DNA from: Candidatus Moraniibacteriota bacterium
GTDB taxonomy: Bacteria; Patescibacteriota; Minisyncoccia; Moranbacterales; UBA2206
Assembly (NCBI GenBank): GCA_030679995.1
Contig: JAUXSK010000015.1
Coordinates: 3,607 to 67,606, forward strand
DNA length: 64,000 bases
Direction: 5' to 3'
In this document: piece after piece, positions 56,015 to 64,000 of the stretch
How positions within the stretch are numbered: the first letter of the stretch is position 1
Layout: each line of letters starts with the position of its first letter
Translations under genes and position numbers: made by a program
Notes under the pieces: generated by a model
Databases searched by the model: none
What the model was told of the DNA's origin: nothing
The model's input: the letters and a program-made list of their open reading frames with translations, nothing else

Positions 56015-57898
56015 ATGCTCGATCAGTATTTCAAACGGCGGCGGATAGCCAGGGGGGTGGAGATTGAGGATTCCATAATGACCGTCACTGAAAAAGAGGC
56101 GGCGGTTATGGAAACGCCTTTCAAGCGGCAAGGACTCGATGTCCTGTGGTTCGTTATGATTTTTTTTATCGGTGCCTTGATGGCTAGGGTGGCGTATTTG
56201 GATATTATCAAGGGCGGATATTATGCCGATGTTTCCAAAGGTAATCGGATACGCTCGATCGTGATTAAAGCTCCACGCGGAAAAATATTTGATCGGGGCG
56301 GACAGGTTTTAGCTGGAAATATCCCGAGCATCGACGCGGTTATCGTGCCAAGTGATTTGCCGGATGATTTTGGGCGAAGAATCGGAATAGCCGGGCAAGT
56401 GGCGGAAATTTTGAAGTTGGAAAAGGGAAATGTGGAGGCTGCGATTGAGAGCCAGAATCGAAAAACATCCGATCCGATCCTGCTGGCGGAAAATATCACT
56501 CAGGAACAAGCCTTGCTTCTGTCGGAAAAAGCTAAAGATTTGTCGGGGATAACGGTAGATAATACCGCCATCCGGAATTATGAGGATAGCAATATATTTT
56601 CTACGATTATCGGCTATGACGGCAAGATAACCCGGGAAGAGATGAATCGTGATGCTAGCTACGTAATGACGGATTATATCGGAAAAACGGCTTTGGAAAA
56701 AAAATATGAAAAAGAATTGCGCGGAGTGCCCGGTGCTAAACAGGTCGAAGTCGATTCGATGGGGAATATGAAAAAGAATCTGGGCATCATCAATCCGCAA
56801 GCAGGGAATGACCTGGTCTTGAATATCGACGCGGGATTGCAAAAAAAATTATACGATAGTATGGCGAATATCCTGGAAACGACCGGTACACGGACCGCCG
56901 CCGCTGTAGCGATCGATCCGAGGAATGGCGGAATACTGGCTATGGTCAGTTTTCCAAATTATGACAATAATATGTTTGCGCGCGGAATTTCCAATGATGA
57001 ATACCAGGCCATCATTTCAGATAAAGACTTGCCTCTTCTGAATCGGGCTGTCGACGGCGAATATCCACCCGGATCGACTTTAAAAATGTCCGTTGCCGCT
57101 GCCGCCCTTTCGGAAGGCACTATCAGTCCGTCGACGATTATCGATGGGATGGGCGGCAGTATCCATATCGGCACTTTCCGGTTCGGCGATTGGAAGGCGC
57201 ACGCCGCAAGCGATGTTAGGACGGCTATCGCGGAAAGCAATGACATCTTTTTCTATTCCATCGGAGGCGGATATGGCAATATCGCCGGACTGGGTATGGG
57301 CCGGATGAAAAAATATTACAATCTTTTCGGTTTCGGCAGTCCGACCGGTATCGATTTGCCCGACGAGTCAAGCGGATTCATCCCGGACGAACAGTGGAAG
57401 CTGGATAAATTGAAGGAGAAATGGTATATCGGGAATTCATATCACGCTTCAATCGGCCAGGGCTACATAACGGCCACGCCTTTGCAATTGGCGAATTATA
57501 CAGCCTCTCTGGCTAATGGCGGGACACTGTATTCTCCCAAAATCGTCAGTCAAATTAAAAAAAGCGGCGGCCAATCAGAATATATCAATCCTGGAATAAT
57601 CAGGAAAGATTTTATCGATAAATCGGTTATGCAGGTTATCCGGGAGGGTATGCGCAAGACCGTGACGGATGGGACGGCCCAACCACTCAAGGATTTGTCC
57701 GTCGAGGTGGCGGGAAAAACCGGCACGGCGCAATTCGGTGGTGAGGGGAAAACCCATGGCTGGTTCGTTTCATTCGCTCCATATGAAAATCCGGAAATCG
57801 CCTTGGCTATCATAGCGGAAGGCGGCGGGGAAGGACATTCTTCCGGAGTGCCGGTTGCCAAGGAGGTTTACGATTATTATTTTAACCGCGGCAAGTAG
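56015..57898 (+). CDS. mrdA: penicillin-binding protein 2
   Basis: APRGKIFDR, PGSTLK (SxxK), SND (SxN variant) and KTGTA; downstream of mreBCD. Confidence 0.92.
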   Translation: MLDQYFKRRRIARGVEIEDSIMTVTEKEAAVMETPFKRQGLDVLWFVMIFFIGALMARVAYLDIIKGGYYADVSKGNRIRSIVIKAPRGKIFDRGGQVLAGNIPSIDAVIVPSDLPDDFGRRIGIAGQVAEILKLEKGNVEAAIESQNRKTSDPILLAENITQEQALLLSEKAKDLSGITVDNTAIRNYEDSNIFSTIIGYDGKITREEMNRDASYVMTDYIGKTALEKKYEKELRGVPGAKQVEVDSMGNMKKNLGIINPQAGNDLVLNIDAGLQKKLYDSMANILETTGTRTAAAVAIDPRNGGILAMVSFPNYDNNMFARGISNDEYQAIISDKDLPLLNRAVDGEYPPGSTLKMSVAAAALSEGTISPSTIIDGMGGSIHIGTFRFGDWKAHAASDVRTAIAESNDIFFYSIGGGYGNIAGLGMGRMKKYYNLFGFGSPTGIDLPDESSGFIPDEQWKLDKLKEKWYIGNSYHASIGQGYITATPLQLANYTASLANGGTLYSPKIVSQIKKSGGQSEYINPGIIRKDFIDKSVMQVIREGMRKTVTDGTAQPLKDLSVEVAGKTGTAQFGGEGKTHGWFVSFAPYENPEIALAIIAEGGGEGHSSGVPVAKEVYDYYFNRGK

Positions 57899-57933
57899 GC
57901 GGATCGGCTGGATATGCTTAAAAAAGGCTTGGA

Positions 57934-57961
57934 TTGACAATAATTTTCCAGCTGTTATAAT
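57934..57961 (+). promoter_or_regulatory. sigma70 promoter for greA
   Basis: TTGACA-16 nt-TATAAT with TGn extension. Confidence 0.75.
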
Positions 57962-57975
57962 AGTCTTGATATTTT

Positions 57976-58009
57976 AAATTACTGTCCCCCGAGGACAGTA
58001 AATTTTATT
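57976..58009 (+). promoter_or_regulatory. terminator-like hairpin in the greA leader
   Basis: TTACTGTCC-CCCGA-GGACAGTAA followed by ATTTTATT, between the promoter and the start codon. Confidence 0.55.
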
Positions 58010-58043
58010 AGGCAACATAGGATAATTTTTTAAAGACATTGAT

Positions 58044-58499
58044 ATGGTAAAATTTGTAACCGAAGAAGGTTTAAAAAAAATCAAAGAAGAATTGGAACAT
58101 AGGAAAACAACGGTGCGTCAGGAAATCGCTAACGCCATTAAGGAGGCTAAGGAACAAGGTGATTTGAGTGAGAATGCCGAATATAGCGAAGCTAAGAGGC
58201 AACAGGCGGAAAATGAGGCGCGCGTGGCCGAATTGGAATTTATGCTCAAGGCGGTGACTGTGGTGACCCGTGACCAGTCTACGGACTCCGTACAAATGGG
58301 ATCGAAAGTGATCGTCCACTTTAACGGATCGGATATGGAATTCCAAATTGTCGGTTCTAACGAGGCCAGTCCGGCGGAAATGAAGATTTCCAATGAGTCG
58401 CCGTTGGGCAAGGGGTTCATCGGCAAGAAAAAAGGCGATGAGGTTGAGATTGATACGCCGGGTGGCAAAGTGAAATACAGAATTCTGGATGTGAAATAA
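58044..58499 (+). CDS. greA: transcription elongation factor GreA
   Basis: GDLSENAEY and ISNESPLGK motifs. Confidence 0.97.
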   Translation: MVKFVTEEGLKKIKEELEHRKTTVRQEIANAIKEAKEQGDLSENAEYSEAKRQQAENEARVAELEFMLKAVTVVTRDQSTDSVQMGSKVIVHFNGSDMEFQIVGSNEASPAEMKISNESPLGKGFIGKKKGDEVEIDTPGGKVKYRILDVK

Positions 58500-58521
58500 C
58501 CGGATTATTTTTTGAAATCGG

Positions 58522-58560
58522 AAACTGGGTCCCGGGCGATGTCCAGGCCCGGTTTTGTTT
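58522..58560 (+). terminator. probable terminator after greA
   Basis: AAACTGGGTC...GGCCCGGTTT stem followed by TGTTT. Confidence 0.5.
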
Positions 58561-58639
58561 ATAGCGTATTTGATTTTGTCGGTTTTTTACGGTAGAATTC
58601 AATCAATGATGGCGCTAAATACTAATTTGAAACACTACG

Positions 58640-60088
58640 ATGAGAGAAGATATCTTGCAGACAAAATTGGACAAATTGGATAATATCCGTGCGTTCGGAA
58701 TGGAGGCCTATCCGGAAAAAACCCGGCGCGATATGGCTAACACCGAGGCTTTGGAAAAATTTGATGAGCTTGCCGCAAGCGAAATAACCCTAGTCGGGCG
58801 GGTGCGGTCATTCCGGCCGATGGGCAGTTCGACTTTCGCGCACATCGAGGATGGGTCCGGTAAGATCCAATTGTTTTTGAACAAGAACAATATCGACGAA
58901 GCGAAATACAAACTATTCGCCAAGAATGTCGAGTTGGGTGATTTCGTGCAGGTTACCGGCAAGCTTTTTAAGACCAAACAGGAAGAAAAAACCCTAGAGG
59001 TGAATAATTGGACGATGCTATCGAAAAATATACGGCCGATCCCGACCGAGCATTTCGGCATCAAAGATGAGGAAGAAAAATTGCGTAAAAGATATTTGGA
59101 TCTGCTGGTTAATCCGGAGACGCGTGAGCTTTTCCGCAAGAAAAATATCTTTTGGCAGACCGTGCGTCAAAGCTTGGCGCAGGAAGGTTTTTTGGAAGTA
59201 CAGACTCCCGTGTTGGAGCATATTCCAGGAGGAGCTGACGCCGAGCCTTTCGTGACGCATCACAATGCCCTTAATCAGGATTTTTTCTTGCGCATCTCTC
59301 TCGAACTTCCGCTAAAAAGACTCCTGGTCGGAGGTTATGAAAAGGTTTTTGAAATCGGGAGATGCTTCCGTAATGAAGGGATGGACCGGGAGCATCTGCA
59401 AGAATTTGACAACACTGAGTTTTACGCCAGTTATTGGGACCTGGAAAAGGGGATGGAATTCGTCGAATCTTTGTGTAAAAAAATAGTGCTTGAAACGACG
59501 GGCGGTTACGAAACGGAATATGAAGGGGAGAAGATAAATTGGAATATAGATTTTCCTCGCATTGACTACTTCACGGAATTTAAAAAAACGACGGGCCTTG
59601 ATTTGTCGGAAGACATTCCGGTCGAAGAGTTGAAAAAGAAGGCGGATGAATTGGGCGTGAAATATGAAGCGAATTACGGCAAAGGCAGGATGATCGATAC
59701 GATTTATAAAAAAACCATCCGGCAAAACCTGATCCAGCCTTGCTTTTTGGTGGGCCATCCGATTGACGTTTCGCCTTTGGCGAAATCCGATCCGGATAAT
59801 CCGCGAAAAACTTTGCGGATGCAACCGATCGCCGGAAAGTCGGAATTAGGGAACGGCTTCGCCGAATTGAATGATCCGATCGACCAGAAAAACAGGTTTG
59901 AACAGCAGATGAAGATGCGCGAGGCGGGAGATGCCGAAGCCCAGATGATGGACGATGATTTTGTGGAAGCTTTGGAAATCGGCATGCCGCCGGCTTTCGG
60001 ATTCGGGATGGGCGAGAGATTTTTCTCTTTCATAATGGACAGATCCATTCGCGAGACGGTGATTTTCGCCGCAGTAAAAAAGAAATGA
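58640..60088 (+). CDS. lysS: lysine--tRNA ligase (class II)
   Basis: RYLDL, GGADAEPF.THHN, FRNEG, ELNDP and GMPP..G.GMG motifs. Confidence 0.97.
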   Translation: MREDILQTKLDKLDNIRAFGMEAYPEKTRRDMANTEALEKFDELAASEITLVGRVRSFRPMGSSTFAHIEDGSGKIQLFLNKNNIDEAKYKLFAKNVELGDFVQVTGKLFKTKQEEKTLEVNNWTMLSKNIRPIPTEHFGIKDEEEKLRKRYLDLLVNPETRELFRKKNIFWQTVRQSLAQEGFLEVQTPVLEHIPGGADAEPFVTHHNALNQDFFLRISLELPLKRLLVGGYEKVFEIGRCFRNEGMDREHLQEFDNTEFYASYWDLEKGMEFVESLCKKIVLETTGGYETEYEGEKINWNIDFPRIDYFTEFKKTTGLDLSEDIPVEELKKKADELGVKYEANYGKGRMIDTIYKKTIRQNLIQPCFLVGHPIDVSPLAKSDPDNPRKTLRMQPIAGKSELGNGFAELNDPIDQKNRFEQQMKMREAGDAEAQMMDDDFVEALEIGMPPAFGFGMGERFFSFIMDRSIRETVIFAAVKKK

Positions 60089-60136
60089 TTTTTATGAGCA
60101 TCAAAGAAGATAAAAGCTAGCGTTGGAAAAAGATAA

Positions 60137-60294
60137 ATGGAAAAATATTCGATTTTCTGCATAAAATTGAAAAATTGAAATCCACCATACGGTTCAATGG
60201 CAGGGCTATCAAAGGCCGGCAGGAATCCAGCGCGGAGCATTCTTGGCGATTGGCACTGATGTTTTTTGTTTTCGAGGAAGAATTGAAAAAGTAG
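60137..60294 (+). pseudogene. truncated, frameshifted HD-domain (YfbR/HDDC2-like) gene remnant
   Basis: Reads KIFDFLHKIEKLKSTIRFNGRAIKGRQESSAEHSWRLALM then stops; ATG 60137 is out of frame by one base in an A-run. Confidence 0.7.
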
Positions 60295-60304
60295 GAATAA
60301 TTTT

Positions 60305-60772
60305 ATGAAACAGAGATATATCGTTTGCGGCATAGTCCGAAAGGGTGATGAAATAATTCTTGGAAAAAAGGCCAAGGGCGTTGCGCCTTATCCGGATGTT
60401 TGGCATACTCCGGGTGGAGGTGCGGATGATTTTGAATTAGCCAGGGAATTGTATGCAAAAGGTGATTTTGAAAATATTTATTTTCAAAACGAATTGAAGC
60501 GGGAAATGAAGGAGGAGTTGGGCATTGAGATTGCGAATATACGCAGTATCGTTCCGGAGTACCGATTTGAACCGAGGCAAAGTGAGGCTATGGGCAAGCA
60601 AGGAGAAATGATTCATTTTTACTTTTTGGAATATCTGTGTGATTATGCGGGTGGAGGACTTCGGCCAGGTGATGATTTGGCAGAGGCAAAGTGGGTCAAG
60701 AAGAACGAGTTAAAAAATATATCGCTAACTCCTCCAAGTGAGGAGATGTATAATGAATTGGGTTGGCTGTAG
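60305..60772 (+). CDS. NUDIX hydrolase
   Basis: W.TPGG...REMKEELGI Nudix box (with an insertion) and DLAEAKWV. Confidence 0.85.
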   Translation: MKQRYIVCGIVRKGDEIILGKKAKGVAPYPDVWHTPGGGADDFELARELYAKGDFENIYFQNELKREMKEELGIEIANIRSIVPEYRFEPRQSEAMGKQGEMIHFYFLEYLCDYAGGGLRPGDDLAEAKWVKKNELKNISLTPPSEEMYNELGWL

Positions 60773-60805
60773 AAAATATATTTTTAAGTTAATTAAAATA
60801 ATTTT

Positions 60806-61162
60806 ATGGGCATCAAAGTCGAATTTAATCCGGACTTGGCCTTGCGGGATATTTTCGAATCTAAGAAAGGCAGGCGGAAAATCGAAGAATGCGTGCCGGA
60901 AAATATCAAGACCGGTAAAATTTATAATTTTCTCAAAAGGGAGCAGCGCATTTATTGGTTTTATGGGGAAGTCTCTTTGATAAAGACGACGACCAAGGGA
61001 GGATCTTTTTCCCAGCCGGTGGCGAATGTGGAATTCGTGGAAGTGACGCATTTTATGCAAGACGGTGAAGTGTGGACCAAGGGCAAGTACAAAGTGTCGG
61101 AAGTCTTCAGTGCGGGAAAGACGGAATTCGTGAGAGGTTGCCAGATGGCAAGGAAAAAATAA
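60806..61162 (+). CDS. hypothetical protein
   Basis: 118-aa co-oriented ORF with an ATG start; no confident family. Confidence 0.7.
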   Translation: MGIKVEFNPDLALRDIFESKKGRRKIEECVPENIKTGKIYNFLKREQRIYWFYGEVSLIKTTTKGGSFSQPVANVEFVEVTHFMQDGEVWTKGKYKVSEVFSAGKTEFVRGCQMARKK

Positions 61163-61250
61163 AATTACGCCAGGCAACTTCCATGCGATCGCATAAGGAA
61201 GAATGGTAAGATGAGAATAACTTTCCATAATATATTAAAATAAAAATTGT

Positions 61251-61496
61251 ATGTGGGATATGGTCGCTCAAGCAGGAATATTTATATTCGGAGTGTTGGG
61301 AATTATTTTAGTCGCCAGAAAAAACAAATGGGGTTTTGTTTTCGGACTCCTATCCCAGCCATTTTGGTTTATTACTTCAATCCAAAATGGGCAGTGGGGT
61401 ATATTTGCAGTAAGTATAATTTATACTTTTAGCTGGGTTTATGGTGTGTATAATTGGTTCTGGAGGAATGAGCAGAAGAAAGAAACGATTAGTTAG
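61251..61496 (+). CDS. small 3-TM PnuC-like (nicotinamide riboside transporter-like) protein
   Basis: L.ARKNKWGF..GL..Q..W and YGVYNW patterns; 81 aa. Confidence 0.6.
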   Translation: MWDMVAQAGIFIFGVLGIILVARKNKWGFVFGLLSQPFWFITSIQNGQWGIFAVSIIYTFSWVYGVYNWFWRNEQKKETIS

Positions 61497-61507
61497 AAAA
61501 TAATCAT

Positions 61508-62179
61508 ATGAAAAATAATTCAAAAAAAGAGCTGATTGCGAAAATCGAAACTGAAGCTAAAAAATATTTTGTCGGCGCCAGCGGCTGCCACGATTGGACG
61601 CACGTGGAACGGGTGCGGGCGTTGGCTTTGCATATAGGCAAAAAAGAGAAAGCTGATTTGTTCGTGGTGGAAGCGGCAGCGCTTCTGCATGATATCGGTC
61701 GTAAAGAAGAAATGACTAACAGGGGCAAGATCTGCCACGCGGAAAAAGGCGCAGAAATATCAAAAATTATTTTGAAAAAATATAAATTCACCCAAGAACA
61801 AATCGATAACGTTTTCCATTGTATCCAATCGCATCGTTCACGTAACGGGTATGCCCCGACTACGCTAGAGGCGAAAGTCGTGTTTGATGCTGACAAGATT
61901 GATTCGATTGGGGCGATCGGGGCTGCGCGCGCTTTTTTGTTTGCCGGGAATGCTGGTTCGAACAATTTATACACTGGCAATGAAAAAAAATTGGCTAATG
62001 ACGGTAAGGACTATTCATACACCAAGGAGGATTCATCCTTGCTGGAATATTACAAGAAACTACGGTTTATTTATAAAAAAATCCTGACTAAGGAAGGCAA
62101 AAGAATCGCCAAGGGCAGACAAAAATTTATGCATGATTTTTTTAAGAGGTTTGATCGTGAAATAAAAGGAATAATATGA
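61508..62179 (+). CDS. HD-domain phosphohydrolase
   Basis: HDWTHVERV, LLHDIG, H and DADKIDSIGAIG motifs. Confidence 0.9.
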   Translation: MKNNSKKELIAKIETEAKKYFVGASGCHDWTHVERVRALALHIGKKEKADLFVVEAAALLHDIGRKEEMTNRGKICHAEKGAEISKIILKKYKFTQEQIDNVFHCIQSHRSRNGYAPTTLEAKVVFDADKIDSIGAIGAARAFLFAGNAGSNNLYTGNEKKLANDGKDYSYTKEDSSLLEYYKKLRFIYKKILTKEGKRIAKGRQKFMHDFFKRFDREIKGII

Positions 62180-63186
62180 TAAACTGCGGACAAAAAGAAG
62201 CTATTATCTACGAAGACAAGGTTTATGGACGGGTGCTTATCGATGAGCCGGTGATTTTAGATTTGATAAACAGTTATGAGTTGCAAAGGCTGAAGGAAAT
62301 CGACCAGGCCGGTTATTTCGAACCGTACCATCCGGGCAGCAAGCATACACGGTTTGAACATTCGGTGGGGGTGTATCTGCTATTGTGGAAATTCGGCGCG
62401 CCGATCGGAGAACAGATCGCCGGATTGATCCATGACGTGTCCCATTCGGCTTTTTCCCACGCAGTGGATTATGTCTTGTCCGAAGGCTCGGAAAAAGAAC
62501 AGAGCCACCAGGATGATTATTTCGCGGAATATGTTTTGAACTCAGGCATACCTGGAATTTTGGAAAAATACGGGTTTGACGCGAAGTATATCATAGATGA
62601 AAAAAATTTTCCGCTTTTGGAAAACCAGCTGCCGGATTTGTGCGCTGACAGGATCGATTATTCTTTACGGGGGTTTTTGGCGTATAAGGTGGCGGGACTG
62701 GAAAAAATCGGAAATATATTGGAAGATCTGACGGTCCAGGATAAAAAGTGGGTCTTTGATGATTTCGATTCCGCGTATGGTTATGCCAAATTGTTCAATA
62801 TCCTGAATAAGAATTATTATTCCGGCATAACGACCGCCGTGATGTTCCGGCGGCTGGGGGATTATTTGAAATACGCGCTGGACAAGGGATATATCAACAA
62901 GGCTGATTTGTATACTACGGACAATAGGGTGATCGGTAAGATAAACGGCAATCTGCCAGCCGACGCGGAATTAGCTGCTTTGTGGAAAAATTTGAATAAC
63001 AGCCAAGGTTATGAAAATAATCCGGATGATTATGACGCGGAAGTCTATTGCAAATCAAGAGTCATTGATCCGTTGTGCCTGCACGACGGGGAAATGAAAA
63101 AGGTTTCCGATATCGAATTGGGATGGAAGGAGGAAATAAAACAGGAATCAGAGCCGAAAAGATATCTGATTAAATTTTTTGATTAA
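62176..63186 (+). CDS. HD-domain protein (YwfO/SAMHD1-like dNTPase family)
   Basis: LQRLKEIDQ.G, TRFEHSVG, LIHDVSHSAFSH and ADRIDYSLR motifs. Confidence 0.85.
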   Translation: MINCGQKEAIIYEDKVYGRVLIDEPVILDLINSYELQRLKEIDQAGYFEPYHPGSKHTRFEHSVGVYLLLWKFGAPIGEQIAGLIHDVSHSAFSHAVDYVLSEGSEKEQSHQDDYFAEYVLNSGIPGILEKYGFDAKYIIDEKNFPLLENQLPDLCADRIDYSLRGFLAYKVAGLEKIGNILEDLTVQDKKWVFDDFDSAYGYAKLFNILNKNYYSGITTAVMFRRLGDYLKYALDKGYINKADLYTTDNRVIGKINGNLPADAELAALWKNLNNSQGYENNPDDYDAEVYCKSRVIDPLCLHDGEMKKVSDIELGWKEEIKQESEPKRYLIKFFD

Positions 63187-63196
63187 TATAAAACAA

Positions 63197-63736
63197 ATGG
63201 GATTGGATATCGTAAAATTTTTTAATCGGTGGGGGCGGGGAACGGCAGTCGACCGTGTGACGGATTTCGTAAGTCGGATGTTGTATTTAGCGGTTTTTTG
63301 GACACTGACTACGATCGCCGTATTTTTCTTTGCGGAAAACGGAAAAACCATAGCAATAACTATGACAGTGGCGGCCAGCTTGCATTTCGCTATCACCGAA
63401 GGAATATTCAAGCGTCTGTTGTGGAAATATTTTAATAAGATCAGACCGTACATCGCCTATCCGGATAGAATTTTTCCTATCGGCAGGATGCACAGCGATT
63501 CATCTTTTCCCTCAAGCCATATGTCGGCCAATCTGGCACCGTTGTCGGTCATCGTGTTTTATTACCCCGTCATCTGGCCAATAGCCGCCGTGTGGACTTT
63601 ACTTATAGCCTATGCCAGATTGCACAATGGGATGCATTATCTGAGCGATGTGATAGCGGGCGCCATTCTAGGAATCGCCTATGGCGCGCTGGCGATCTAT
63701 CTGGTAAATTTTTTCAACCAATATGTATTATCTTGA
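63197..63736 (+). CDS. PAP2-family membrane phosphatase
   Basis: K......RP, SFPSSH and RLHNGMHYLSDV motifs. Confidence 0.9.
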   Translation: MGLDIVKFFNRWGRGTAVDRVTDFVSRMLYLAVFWTLTTIAVFFFAENGKTIAITMTVAASLHFAITEGIFKRLLWKYFNKIRPYIAYPDRIFPIGRMHSDSSFPSSHMSANLAPLSVIVFYYPVIWPIAAVWTLLIAYARLHNGMHYLSDVIAGAILGIAYGALAIYLVNFFNQYVLS

Positions 63737-64000
63737 TCTCATCGGGACTTTGGCATTCGCAATCGGCGGAGCGTTTAAGGCCAGGGAAAGACGATTGAAT
63801 ATTTTCGGCGTGGTTTTTTTGGGCGCCATCACGGCGGTGGGCGGGGGAACGTTCCGCGATGTCATTATCGGAAGGATGCCGCTTTTTTATCTCAAGGACC
63901 AGAATTATCTACTGATTGCGATTTTGGGAGGCAGTATAGTCTATTTTTTACCCCATATCTTCAAAAAGGGCTATTCCTGGTTCCGTCTGGTTGATTCAAT
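63723..64000 (+). CDS. trimeric intracellular cation channel (TRIC/UPF0126) family protein, 3' end outside the window
   Basis: Manual translation MYYLDLIGTLAFAIGGA...IFGVVFLGAITAVGGGTFRDVIIGR.P; absent from the ORF track because it has no stop in the window. Confidence 0.85.
   Translation, partial: MYYLDLIGTLAFAIGGAFKARERRLNIFGVVFLGAITAVGGGTFRDVIIGRMPLFYLKDQNYLLIAILGGSIVYFLPHIFKKGYSWFRLVDS

Noticed and set aside
454-63493. Many long minus-strand or alternate-frame ORFs in the track (e.g. 3408-4364, 4593-5705, 27906-28751, 30344-31480)
   Set aside because: They overlap well-supported + strand genes and show no family motifs, so they are shadow ORFs.
60089-64000. Integron cassette array
   Set aside because: No repeated attC-like sites lie between the genes, several genes overlap, and there is no intI. 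The one palindrome near 61178-61201 is not repeated.
1-64000. UGA-to-Gly recoding as in Gracilibacteria/Absconditabacteria
   Set aside because: Conserved genes are uninterrupted under the standard bacterial code and several end at TGA at the expected length (e.g. 16049, 40214, 60088).

Overview
This is a gene-dense chromosomal segment that reads almost entirely on the + strand and uses TGA as a stop. It most likely comes from a Patescibacteria/CPR (Parcubacteria-like) bacterium; this is inferred from AT-rich starts without Shine-Dalgarno (SD) motifs, an ADP-forming acetyl-CoA synthetase beside lower glycolysis, a DUF4012-type envelope locus and a reduced RNase P RNA. In order it carries pgk(3' end)-eno-gpmI-pfkB-like-ADP-ACS, an atypical response regulator, recJ, an inverted pyrC/pyrD-like pair, rnhA, a MacAB-type ABC system, DsbA, tyrS-pheST-valS, rnpB, a glycan locus (phosphoglycosyl transferase, three GT4s, Wzz-like, DUF4012-like, murJ) containing a PurD-like ATP-grasp enzyme, lepA, a CIRCE-preceded dnaJ, a PIF1-like helicase, tRNA-Lys plus a decayed copy, frr-rseP, mreBCD-mrdA, greA-lysS and a cluster of NUDIX/HD/PAP2 hydrolases with small transporters. 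I saw no CRISPR array, integrase or transposase. The most notable signals are (1) short palindromic repeat families in intergenic DNA that also appear inside pheS (in frame), inside RNase P RNA and inside a tRNA remnant; (2) self-contained accessory cassettes with their own promoter, boxA-like leader, SD and terminator, whereas several housekeeping genes look leaderless; (3) a pseudo-receiver/zinc-ribbon protein; (4) an orphan pyrC plus a hydrophobic class-1 pyrD; and (5) an orphan PurD-like ligase among glycosyltransferases. All calls come from motif recognition by eye; no searches were run.
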